This document shows positions 36,660 through 47,943 of a stretch of DNA of 50,957 nt, piece after piece. The first letter of the stretch is position 1. The number at the start of each line of letters is the position of its first letter. This DNA is from Squatina squatina. Taxonomy: Eukaryota. Location of the stretch: positions 5,727,725 through 5,778,681 of the forward strand of contig JARFOE010000203.1 in the NCBI GenBank assembly GCA_031763465.1, written 5' to 3'. The notes under the pieces were generated by a model. That model was not told where the DNA came from. It worked only from the letters and a program-made list of their open reading frames with translations, and searched no databases. A program made the translations under genes and the position numbers.

Positions 36660-38065
36660 GGCCAGGATTTTTCTCGCCTTGGCGGGTCCGTGACGGGACA
36701 TGTCGGTGGTGGGTCCCGACCCCACTCCTGACTCCATCCCGCTCTATATAAAGAATCTTCTGTTGATAGGGCTTGTTAAGCCCACCGATCACCTTTCCTG
36801 GCCAATTGACAGGAACTGAGTCTGATGATGTAATTTGATGATGTGTCATCAGCCGGCTTCCTTAAAGGGACCATGCTCAAATTCAGTTTGTCAGTTGTGC
36901 TGTCAGTGTTCTGCAGCATTGAGGTGCTGACAAGCACTGCACAGAGGCACACGGCTGCACCCAAGCTCTCCCATGACTCCCTTCAGATGCTTATGAAGGG
37001 AGTCACAGCACGCAGGGAGGTTCTCTTCCCTTCCAATGGGTAGAAGAGACCTCCCCAGGAGATCCACGCAGACTGGTTGAACATTGCACAGGAGGACACA
37101 AGCAGGGACGTCGTCAGGAGGACCAGGCTGCAGTGAGTTGCAATGAATGGTGAGACATAACAATACCCGCCGCAATGGTGATGAGTGTGAAAGGAATGGC
37201 TTGGACATTGCAGGAATGCATTATCGTGCTGGTGTGAGGTGGTGCCAATCTGGCGCATCATATGGCAGCCAGGGTGTACAGCGTCAAGTGAAGAAATATG
37301 GCCATGGTGAGGTTATTCCTGCCCTCCTGGGCAGCAAAGTGGTCAGGTGCTGATACCCTGTGTCCTGTGCCACTTCAGGTGACTGCGGAGAAGGTTGGTG
37401 TTGTTGTTGGTTCTGATGGAGTGACTGGTGATGCTGCTATGGCTGGTGATGCTGGTGTGCCTGGTGATGTTGCTGTTGGAGCTGATCATCGTGGGATTCT
37501 GAGGACCAAGGTGCGATTTTTTTTTCAAGGACACTGATGCTGATGGAATAAATAGCACGTGAAGTTCAGATGACAGAGGCAATCTGTCAGTGGTGAGAAA
37601 GGTTGCTCCAAGCAGTTGACAGTGGATGGAGCTTCATAAAGCTTAAAAGTGTATCACAAAACCTGAATGCTCCAGCTTCTGAGATTGGAAGGTGAACAGC
37701 TGTGATGTGGTAGCTTTTATACCACATTTGCAGCTGTCAACTAATCAGAAGAATGGATACTCATTGAGAAGGCAACCTACTTAACTGTTGTGATCCCTGA
37801 GTACCGTGAACCTTTTGAAAAAGCTGGAAAAATGGTAAATACATAGTAAAATGCTGTTTAAGTACCGTTTAACAAGCTGTTAATGATGTCAGTTGCCTCC
37901 CCCATTGCTTGGTGTTGGGCCTGTTATGCACTGAAAGATCCGACACTTGGGAGACTAGTGTGAAGGTGGGTTGACAGCGGACTGCTGACCCACTGTCAAT
38001 CTTTTCTATTTTGACAGCGGACCCGTCTCCGAAGCCACTGTCTCAGTGCCGGCAAAATTCTGGCC
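36660..38065. mobile_element. Complete non-autonomous PIF/Harbinger element (about 1.4 kb)
   Basis: Terminal inverted repeats GGCCAGGATTTT ... AAAATTCTGGCC with TAT on both sides (3-bp target duplication). Inside is a decayed Myb/SANT ORF AAPKLSHDSLQMLMKGVTARREVLFPSNG. Confidence 0.72.
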
Positions 38066-39159
38066 TATGTTTCGTGCAAAATCTCTTGCCTGGTCACTTC
38101 TAGCAGTGCACTNNNNNNNNNNNNNNNNNNNNNNNNNNNNNNNNNNNNNNNNNNNNNNNNNNNNNNNNNNNNNNNNNNNNNNNNNNNNNNNNNNNNNNNN
38201 NNNNNNNNNNNNTGCTGAACTCTAAATTTCTCCCAGTCCTCAGGTTTGCTGCTTTTTCTGGCCAATTTGCATGCCTCTTCCTTGGATTTAATACTGTCTC
38301 TAATTTCCCTTGTTAGCCACGGTTCAGCCACCTTCCCTGGGCTGAGACTTGAAGCCACAACCTTCTGCCTCAGTCTGCTAATAACTGAGCCATGGCTAAC
38401 ACTTCAGAGATTCGTGAGCTTTCATAAGGGTGCAAAACACAAGACAATAATATCAATCATCATCAAATTCATCATTATATCACTTCCACATCATGAAGGT
38501 GAAAGCATTTGATGCCACAGTGCACAAGGTGGGTCTCAAGAAGTCTGTGTGAATGAAGCTTCATTATTGTCAATGCTGTATCTGTCCACTACCCACCTTG
38601 GGTGAGATGAGCAACCCTCAGCACACAGCAGGCACTGAGCCGGGCAACTGCCTGGTCTGTGCAGCTCAGGACCCCAGCACACTGTGTGTTTCCCTGCTGA
38701 GTATTTTCATAATCTGATGGCCCAGGTAACATTTCAACCTGGAATTTTCCAGCTTGGAGGAAGAGTGCGCTCTGTAATTGGCCACTGAATCTGATGACAT
38801 GATCGTACATGTAATGTAATTGGGTGTCTACATTTCAAAGTAGCAACTTTGGGTGTCTACATTTCAATATAGCAACTGTGCCTGGGTGTTGGGTAAACTG
38901 AAGACAGGAGTTAAAGAGACAGTGTTTGCCTGGAAAGTGCAGATGGCATTGTGCCCTGAGTGTTGGGATGGCGAACAGCTTGGTAGAAGCATTGCGTTGG
39001 ATTGTGCCACTGGAAAGCAAGCGACAGATTGAGAAGGGTCCTGAACAGGAACTGCCCAGATTGGTTGATAAGTTAAAAGGAAAGCTACCTGCCTGTCACA
39101 GAATGCGGCAATATTTACAGAAGGTGCTTTGAAATTTGTTTCTGGGCCAAAGATTACTT

Positions 39160-39230
39160 CATCCCAGATGACTTGATCCCACCATCCCTGGCTTAGGAGG
39201 CTAGTGCCTTATCCATTCGGCCACTGGGGC
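39160..39230 (-). pseudogene. Decayed tRNA-Arg(CCT) copy within a duplicated flank
   Basis: Matches 2294-2366 with T-arm indels; the flanks also align to 2104-2490. Confidence 0.75.
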
Positions 39231-40746
39231 TGTACACAATGAGAGTTTTGTGTTTGCAACTTGCCACTTAGACTCTATGTAATCGCTGCCAAATTTGATG
39301 CCTTTTTGGGGCCCGCCCTTTCTTTTAATAGACAACCTCATTGTATCATAGAATGATGCAGCACAGGAGGCCATTCGGCCCATCACACCTGCGTCTACTC
39401 TTTGAAAGAGCTGTCCAATTAGTCCCACTCCCCGGCTCTGACCCCATAGTCCTGTAATTTCTTTTCTCTTCTATGTATTTATCCAATTCCCTTTTGAAAG
39501 TTACTATTCAATCTGCTTCCAGCACCCTTTCAGGCAATTGATTGCAGATCATAACTTTCGTGTTCGTTGTTCTATGTCTTCACAGAAACAGTGAGGGGGT
39601 TCCAGCACATAAGAAGTCTTTATTAACTCGGAACAGACTACAACTATATTACAAAAAATGGATGCTCACAGCCGACCGCACACCCTCATGGCATGTAGCG
39701 GGCAAGACACACACCTATATACACCGCTCGCCATAGCGCCATCTGCCGCACAGGAGGAGGAGTGACAGGGCTGAGACATCCTGGGACAGCGNNNNNNNNN
39801 NNNNNNNNNNNNNNNNNNNNNNNNNNNNNNNNNNNNNNNNNNNNNNNNNNNNNNNNNNNNNNNNNNNNNNNNNNNNNNNNNNNNNNNNNNNCATGTGGTC
39901 TTTTACATCCATTTGAGAGGCAGAGAGGCCTTACAGTTTAACGTCTCATCTGAAAGACGGCACCTCTGACAGTGCAGCACACCCTCAGAAGTGCAATGTG
40001 TATGTCAGCCTAGATTATGAGCTCCACTCTCTGGTCAACCCCACAATCTTCTGACTCAGATTGAGTCTCAAACATCAGTGCAAGAGGATTGTTTGATTGG
40101 GAGCAGGTGGTGGGGGCTGCTGGAACTGGTTACTGATGTATGGACTCACCATTTTGGAGTGGCTGGAATGGCAATCTCAGGGTTTGAATTCCTGGCCTGA
40201 GGAATGGCACATTGGATATCTATCAGGGTGCCTATACATGGGCTGTGGGTGAATTAAAATAAAATAGTAGGTACGTTAGATAGTTACTGGAGCTGTGTCA
40301 CATTGGAGCTATGCACTGTCCAGTGGGCAGAGTGGGTGGTTGAAGGAGGGAAAGTGGTTCGATAGGTTTGTCTGCAGTCCCATCCACAGCTCTATAGGGG
40401 TCACTCTACATCTACTGAGACTTTTCAGCGCTGGCTTGGAGCCGGTCACCCAGTGACTGATGATGCTTTTGAGACTTAGATTGTGATTGGTGAATGCTGG
40501 CAGTGAGAACGCTGGAAATGTTCCATGGTTTCTGTGGCTGGGAGCCCGGTATCACTTCTCGGGAATTTCCAGCTCCAGTCACGAGTTCTCATTGTTAAAA
40601 ACCAGAGGAACCAGTTGGAGAGGAAACAGCGAACACAATAATGTTTNNNNNNNNNNNNNNNNNNNNNNNNNNNNNNNNNNNNNNNNNNNNNNNNNNNNNN
40701 NNNNNNNNNNNNNNNNNNNNNNNNNNNNNNNNNNNNNNNNNNNNNN

Positions 40747-41100
40747 AAGATTATGACAGGTTTGGATAAGGTAGACAAAGAAAAGCTGTTCCCATTAGCT
40801 GATGGTACAAGGACTTGGGGACAGAGATTTAAGGTTTTGGGCAAGAGATACAGGGGGGATGTGAGGAAGAACATTTTTACGCAGCGAGTGGTGATGACCT
40901 GGAACTCGCTGCCTGCGAGGGTGGTGGATGTGGAGACGATCAATGATTTCAGAAGAAAATTGGATAGGCACTTGAGGGAAATCAATTTGCAGGGCTATGG
41001 GAATACAGCAGGGGAATGGGACTGACTGCATTGTTCTAAAGAGAGCCGGCATGGACTAGATGGTCCAAATGGCCTCCTGTGCTGTAATGATTCTATATGA
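40747..41100 (+). mobile_element. CR1 LINE 3' end
   Basis: MTGLDKVDKEKLFPL...FTQRVVMTWNSLP...FRRKLDRHL followed by a CR1-type 3' UTR. Confidence 0.85.
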
Positions 41101-42129
41101 TGAGGGACTTCTGCACTTGAACCAACACCCCCACTCCCTGTTACCAAAAACCCTTGAAATAACTTGAAATAAAGCTGTTTCAGTTGCAGGAAGTAGCAAA
41201 CAGCGGCTTAAACTGCTGAACCATGTCAGTTGCAACTGATTGTGGATGACGCCATTAAATATTGCTGCTGCAGCCTGCTTCCTGCTGGTAGTAAACAGCT
41301 TTCCCTGTCATCGTTCTGCGCTGATGGCAAGTACAATGGCTAAATGCAATGACATCACGATCCCTTTCATTTAAAGCTCCCTGGTACTAGTGTTTACTGG
41401 CAGCTCCAATGTTCCTCGCTGATGGATCTGCCACCAGCTGGTGGAAGAGCACCAGCCGCCGTCTTTTCACCATTTCATGGTGGTAGTGGCCGGCACTAGA
41501 GCGTCCAATTTCTCCAAGAGTTAGCCTGGATCTAACAGGTTGCACAATAGCAGATGGTAGGCTTCACCATGCAGCTTGAGGTGATTTTTTGAGATACATG
41601 AAGGGGTACAAGTAACAGGCAGACACTCTGCTCAGAGAAGCCACCAGCCTTGCCATCTACAATGAGCATCACTCTTGAAGCTTTCTACTCCATCTGGATG
41701 AGGGCCATGATGCTGGAGGACCTTTCCCAGTCTTACTGCTTATTTTAGTTATGTGCCATTTTGTCCTGCAGAAAGAGAATTATTGAGTGGCTACTGAAAA
41801 AGCAAGTGGTTTGTGGGGCTTCTGCATTTAGTGCACATGCTAAGGGGGAGCAGAAGCAAGATGCAAATAGGATGAGGAAGTGTTTCATTTAAAGCAAGTG
41901 CTGGAGTATGGTGAGGAAGGAGTCAAGAGAGGAGTTCCTGGTTCTGCAATTGCTACCATGTGAGACCAGAATGCTGTTGATGTCTGCTGCAAAAACAATA
42001 AGCAAGAGGTGAGTGTGTGTTTTGACTGAGAATGAGGTGGTTTGCCATGCCCTTGTGATTTCTGGTGCATAAAGTGATGTTGGAGGAGGTGGGGCTGTTA
42101 TTGAAAGAGTTGGAGAAATGACGAGCTGA

Positions 42130-42570
42130 ACTTACCCTTACTGCTCTTGTCAGTTCATTGAAACGTTTCCTGATTGGATCCAGGTCCTGGGGTTGCTACT
42201 CCTAGGACTGACAGCCTCTGGCATCACTCTCTAGACCTGGTCCATCTACATCTTGGCAATCCTCTTCCCACTACTGGAAAACAGAATGTTGTTGCTTTCC
42301 CTCACCTCTTCCACTAAGACCTCCAGGGAAGTGTCAGAGAACCTGGGGACAGCCTTGTGTTTCATTTCTTCATTCACAAACAAATCTGCCAGAAGTGAAT
42401 GGAACCTCCCTTTAAGAGGAGCATTCCCGCTTGGGTCACTGAAGGCCCTCCGGATATCCTGCCCAGTAAGGGACGGGCTCCCAATGTGAGCAGGGTAGCT
42501 ATTCAACCGAGGCCATCGTGTGGGTTTGATGCTCACCCGAAACCTGCTCCCAGTCAAACTCTTCCCATGG
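42130..42570 (-). mobile_element. Harbinger Myb/SANT-like ORF remnant
   Basis: HKAVPRFSDTSLEVLVEEVRESNNILFSSSGKR. Confidence 0.6.
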
Positions 42571-42733
42571 TATCAGTATTTTAAGATCTCATCCCACACC
42601 CAAAATTACTTAGGACTAAAACTCCAAAGTAACGGTGTGCGGAACAAGGACATAAACACAGCAGTGGGCCAGGAACCCAGAATCCCTGACCACACCGTGC
42701 TCCACTCCAGGGGAGGGACCCACAGTCTCTTAC

Positions 42734-42982
42734 CTTTGGGCTCCGGGGTCCCGCCCGACAGGTTCTTCCAAACATTTAAATTCTGTTTCATGATGGCGAT
42801 ATTGCTGGAGATCCCCGCCTCTCCACCCTGTATTGTGTGGCCCTGGAACTCGGGGATCCGCGGCACCTCCTTCTTCAGGTTGAAATCCATGTAGAGAACC
42901 TCATCCCCGTCCAGCTCCAGATCGAACTGCTTGTTGGGGCTGCGCTCCTGCACCATGTAGACCTGGAACTCTCGGTGCAGGT
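42734..42982 (-). CDS. MHC class II alpha chain, exon 2 (alpha-1 peptide-binding domain)
   Basis: ctctcccag|...|gtaag around a 249-nt phase 1-1 exon reading LHREFQVYMVQERSPNKQFDLELDGDEVLYMDFNLKKEVPRIPEFQGHTIQGGEAGISSNIAIMKQNLNVWKNLSGGTPEPK. It has the DGDE.Y.DF..K..V.R.PEF signature and an NLS glycosylation site, and closely resembles shark class II alpha as I recall it. Confidence 0.95.
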
Positions 42983-43704
42983 CTGGGAGAGAGAGAGAGC
43001 GAGCCAGTCAGGACCAAACCAACTGCACCTCACTGACAGCATTCACCCAGGGAGGAAACGTATTTATATTAAACCTGGAAAAACGCAGATATTTTAACAG
43101 GAATAAACAAGATATTAACCCAGGATAAACCAGATATTGTACAGAGATGGACTGAAATATTAAACAAATAGAATCTGGAATGTACACCAAATGAAAATCA
43201 TCCAATGTTAATATAATAACCTTCCGAGTTATTTTTCTGATATATTGACCCTTAACCTTTATTGTGCGCGAATGGCCAAAGTACCTCTGAAATCCTGAAA
43301 GTTGCGAGGTCAAAGTTACACAAGTCAAGAGTACCACTGATTAAACTCTATTTTGTTCTATTTTGTGTAAGTGTTTAACCAGATGGCCAGGACATTACTC
43401 GGCTTCAACAATATAGTTACAACCTGCACTGATGTATTTTACTTTTATTCTCATGAAACGTGCCAAACTATTTTACAGAGGTGAAAATAAATATAAACCA
43501 AGAAGTGGCAGGAAAGCAATTAAGGCTGGTGACTGACACCAAGAGGGAGGTTTCCAGGAGACTTCTAAAATGGGAGGAGAGGTAGGAAAGGCACACAGGT
43601 TTGGAGATAGAAGTTCCATAATGTGGGGCCAAGACAGCTAAAGGCAAATTAAATAGATTTCTTTCAGCAAATAACATCTTTGGGATACAGTATTAGGGAC
43701 ATAT

Positions 43705-44009
43705 AAACAGAATGCTGGAAAAACTCAGCAGGTCAGGCAGCATCTGTGGAGAGAGAAACAGAGTTAATGTTTGAGGTCAGTGACTCTTCGTCAGAACTGG
43801 AAAAAGTTAGAATTGTAGCAGGTTTTTAAGGCAGGGAAAAGGGGGGAGGGGAGAAAGAACAGAAGGGAAGGTCTATGATCAGGTGGAAAGCAGAAAAGAT
43901 TAGGGAACATTAAGAGTGGGTACAAGAGAAAAAGAAATGGTAATGAGCAAGTTCAGAACAAACGAGGTGTCTAGATAGGGTGTAAATGGGGAATTAAACA
44001 GCCGTAAGA
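43705..44009 (+). repeat. Interspersed repeat (possibly a Penelope-like terminus); other copies at 50700-50957, about 7715-7830 and 35410-35540
   Basis: Shared AATGCTGGAAA.ACTCAGCAGGTCAGGCAGCATCTGTGGAGAGAGAAAC core; the family assignment is tentative. Confidence 0.6.
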
Positions 44010-44109
44010 NNNNNNNNNNNNNNNNNNNNNNNNNNNNNNNNNNNNNNNNNNNNNNNNNNNNNNNNNNNNNNNNNNNNNNNNNNNNNNNNNNNNNNNNNNN
44101 NNNNNNNNN

Positions 44110-45034
44110 TGTCCAGGGAGTGTGATCAGTCCCAGTGTAGTGAGGGACAGTCTGCACTGTACTGTCCAGGGAGTGTGATCAGTCCCGGGGTAGTGAGGGA
44201 GGGTCTGCACTGTACTGTCCAGGGAGTGTGATCAGTCCCGGGGTAGTGAGGGAAGGTCTGCACTGTACTGTCCAGGGAATGTGATCAGTCCCGGAGTAGT
44301 GAGGGACAGTCTGCACTGTACTGTCCAGGGAGTGTCATCAGTCCCAGTTCCATGAGCGACAGTCTGCACTGTACAGTCCAGGGAGCGTAATCAGTCCCAG
44401 TGTAGTGAGGGACGGTCTGCACTGTACTGTCCAGGGAGTGTGATCAGTCCCAGTGTAGTGAGGAACAGTCTGCACTGTACTGTCCAGGGATTGTGATCAG
44501 TCCCAGTGTAGTGAGGGACAGTCTGCACTGTACTGTCCAGGGAGTGTGATCAGTCCCAGTGTACTGAGGGATAGTCTGCACTGTTCTGTCCAGGGAGGGT
44601 CATCAATCCCAGTGTAGTGAGGGACGGTCTGCATTGTACTGTCCAGGGAATGTAATCAGTCCCAGTGTAGTGAGGGAGGGTTTGCACTGTACTGTCCAGG
44701 GAGTGTGCTCAGTCCCAGTGTAGTGAGGGACGGTCTGCACTGTACTGTCCAGGGAGTGTGATCAGTCCTGAGTAGTGAGGGACAGTCTGCACTGTACTGT
44801 CCAGGGAGTGTGATCAGTCCCAGTGTAGTGCGGAACAGTCTGCACTGTACTGTCCGGGGAGTGTGATCAGTCCCAGTGTAGAGAGGGACGGTCTGCACTT
44901 TACTGTCCAGGGAGTGTGACCAGTCCCGGTGTAGTGAGGGACAGTCTGCACTGGACAGTCCAGGGAGTGTGATCAGTCCCAGTGTAGTGAGGGACAGTCT
45001 GCACTGTACTGTCCAGGGAGTGTGATCAGTCCCA
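44110..45034. repeat. 53 bp minisatellite (GTCCAGGGAGTGTGATCAGTCCCAGTGTAGTGAGGGACAGTCTGCACTGTACT), about 17 copies, gap-bounded
   Basis: Period measured from 44111 to 44164; copies are highly homogeneous. Confidence 0.95.
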
Positions 45035-45134
45035 NNNNNNNNNNNNNNNNNNNNNNNNNNNNNNNNNNNNNNNNNNNNNNNNNNNNNNNNNNNNNNNNNN
45101 NNNNNNNNNNNNNNNNNNNNNNNNNNNNNNNNNN

Positions 45135-46045
45135 GGTGATTGGTAGGATTAGAGGGGACATGAGGAAAAACTTTACCCAGAAGGTGGTGGGTGTCTGGAA
45201 ACCATCAACTCTTTTATAAAAAAGGTACCTGGACCTGCACCTGAAGTGTTGTAAGCTGCAGGGCTATGGACCAGGTGCTGGAAGGTGGGATTAGAATGGG
45301 TACCTAGTTGTTCAAGCTGACAGACACAATGGGCCAAATGTGCTGTATCTTTTTTATGGTGTTCCCCAGGGGTCAGTACTGGGACCATTGCCCTTTTGAT
45401 ATATATTAATGAACTGCACTTGGGTATAAAGGACATAATTTCAAAATCTGCAGATGACACAAAGAGGATAGTAGTAGACTTCAGGACATAGGCAGATTGG
45501 TGAAATGGGAAGACACACAGATGAAATTTAATGCAGAAGTTTGAAGTGATGCAGTTTAGAAGGAAAAATGACGAGGCAGTATAAACTAAATGGCACAATT
45601 TTAAAAAGGGAAACAGAGACCTGTGGGTGTATGTACACAAATCTTTGAAGGTGGCAGGACAAGGTAATAAGGGCTATTAAAAATATGCAGCACCTGTGGC
45701 TTTACGAATAAAACAGTACGGCAAGGAAGATATGCTAAACCTTTATAAATCACTGGTTAGAACTCAGCTAGAGTATGGTGTCCAATTCTGGGCACTACAC
45801 TTTAGAAAGGATGTCAAGGTCTTGGGAGAGGGTGTGGAGGAAATTTACTAGAATGTTGCCAGGGATGAGAGTTTCAGTTATCAGGAAACTAGAGAAGCTG
45901 AATTTGTTCCCCTTACAGCGGAGAAAGATAAGGGGGATATTTAATTGGTGTTCAAAGAGCAGGGAGTTGGACTAATTGGTAGCTCTTTCAGGGAGTTGGC
46001 ACAGACACGATGGGTTGGATGGCCTCATTCTGTGCTGTATGATTT
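45135..46045 (+). mobile_element. CR1 LINE fragments
   Basis: GVPQGSVLGP, SADDTK, KFNAEV and LERV.RKFTRMLPG motifs with frameshifts. Confidence 0.8.
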
Positions 46046-47943
46046 GATGTGATCACTTAAGAACTAAGCTCTAGCCACACCCAATGATGGAAGTTCATGC
46101 TTATGATAAGCCACTGAACATTTTGTAAATAGATAATTAAGAAATTGTATCCCTAAGAAAATCTGCACCATAATGTTTCTGACCTTGAATATTTCATTGA
46201 CAAAAAGGGCTGCCTTGCTTACTGCTCTTACTGTTCCATATCTTGAGCACATGCATATTTCAGCTTGCAACTCAACTGTATGCATATTATTTCTTGAATG
46301 CTTCACAAATCTATTTAATAAAGACACAGATGTTGTTTTAAAGAACACTTTTACTGTACAGGTTTGAGAACTGAAGGTTTAACAAATACACATTGTCACA
46401 TACTTCCTGTCTGATATGTATCTGTAGTTGGGCTAAGTCCTGCCGTGTGGAGAATTGTTTACATCTCTATCGAAACCTTGTTACAAAACGTTTCAAAGTA
46501 AAACTGACATATCGACAGATTTTAGATTTCCAAAATTAAAAAGGACCATTAAATGACAAGCTAATATTCACACCAGACTTTTCTAACATTGGTTGTTAAG
46601 GGGTTTGTAAATTGTTACCATAACACAGCACGCCTTGCAGCAGCCCCGATGTCTAACAGAGCAGAGCGGGCTGACGGGGTGGGCAGAGGAATTATCGACA
46701 GGAAACGTGGAAGCACATACTTCTTCTGCAGCTTTCTCACCCTGCAGCCAGCCTGATTGATAGGATTGCCGGGTGGGAAGGCTTGCAGCAGACCCACGCA
46801 GNNNNNNNNNNNNNNNNNNNNNNNNNNNNNNNNNNNNNNNNNNNNNNNNNNNNNNNNNNNNNNNNNNNNNNNNNNNNNNNNNNNNNNNNNNNNNNNNNNN
46901 NCGCTCTTAGCCAAGTCGTGCAACTGAGCAAGACAGGGCACCAATTGGAAGGATAACCAGCAAGACTATCCAATCAGCCTAGTCCAAACCAAGAGGGAGG
47001 GGAAATAAGGTAGGCACATCAAGCGATTGCTTACAAACTGTGCACTGACCAACACCACCATGGTTACAGCGTTACTGCTCTGCATTCAAGTATTGGATGT
47101 GGGAAAATAAAGCAATGGGCAGAGCTCAACTTTATCTGCTCATGTTCACAGTCAGACTACTGCCGTTTCAAAATGCTTCTCGAATCGCCATGCTAACTCG
47201 GACTAGTAAACTCAGCAAAGGGAGCCAGTGGCCTCTGGACAGTGACTGAACAGTCGAGATGGAGCACAATCCTTCTGAACCATTGTAAAACATGTAATGA
47301 ACTAAAATTTAAAAGAAAATTTAAAAAACCCTCCACTGAACATTGCTATATAACATGGGTTTCAGAGTGACAGTTCAGAGACCAACAGCTTAAAATGCTT
47401 TCAAACTGGAAAAACCTTCCAAAACAAAAATAAAACGGCTTANNNNNNNNNNNNNNNNNNNNNNNNNNNNNNNNNNNNNNNNNNNNNNNNNNNNNNNNNN
47501 NNNNNNNNNNNNNNNNNNNNNNNNNNNNNNNNNNNNNNNNNNNNNNNNNNNNNNNNNNNNNNNNNNNNNNNNNNNNNNNNNNNNNNNNNNNNNNNNNNNN
47601 NNNNNNNNNNNNNNNNNNNNNNNNNNNNNNNNNNNNNNNNNNNNNNCTTGCACACGGCACACACTTTTGGGACAGACGAGTTAAGAGATCTAGCTGATGT
47701 GTAAGGGAGTGGTACAATCCTCTGCCAGGTCTGTCCTTGCGATGCATCGCTTGTGTCGTTTTTTTTAATATACAAAAACCAAATCACATCAAACCATGTA
47801 CACTGCAGTCAGTAACGGCAGGCAGGTGGGGACAGGCCATCTCCCAACAGTCTGGTTCATACTTCGTCCGACCCCGCAGATTAGTTCGAACCAATCCTAC
47901 ACCAATTCCCCCTGCCAGAAACCTGCCAATGCATTTGCCACTT

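Noticed and set aside
44110-45034. Regular repeats superficially like a CRISPR array (also 27300-27790)
   Set aside because: Head-to-tail units with no unique spacers, no cas genes, and vertebrate DNA.
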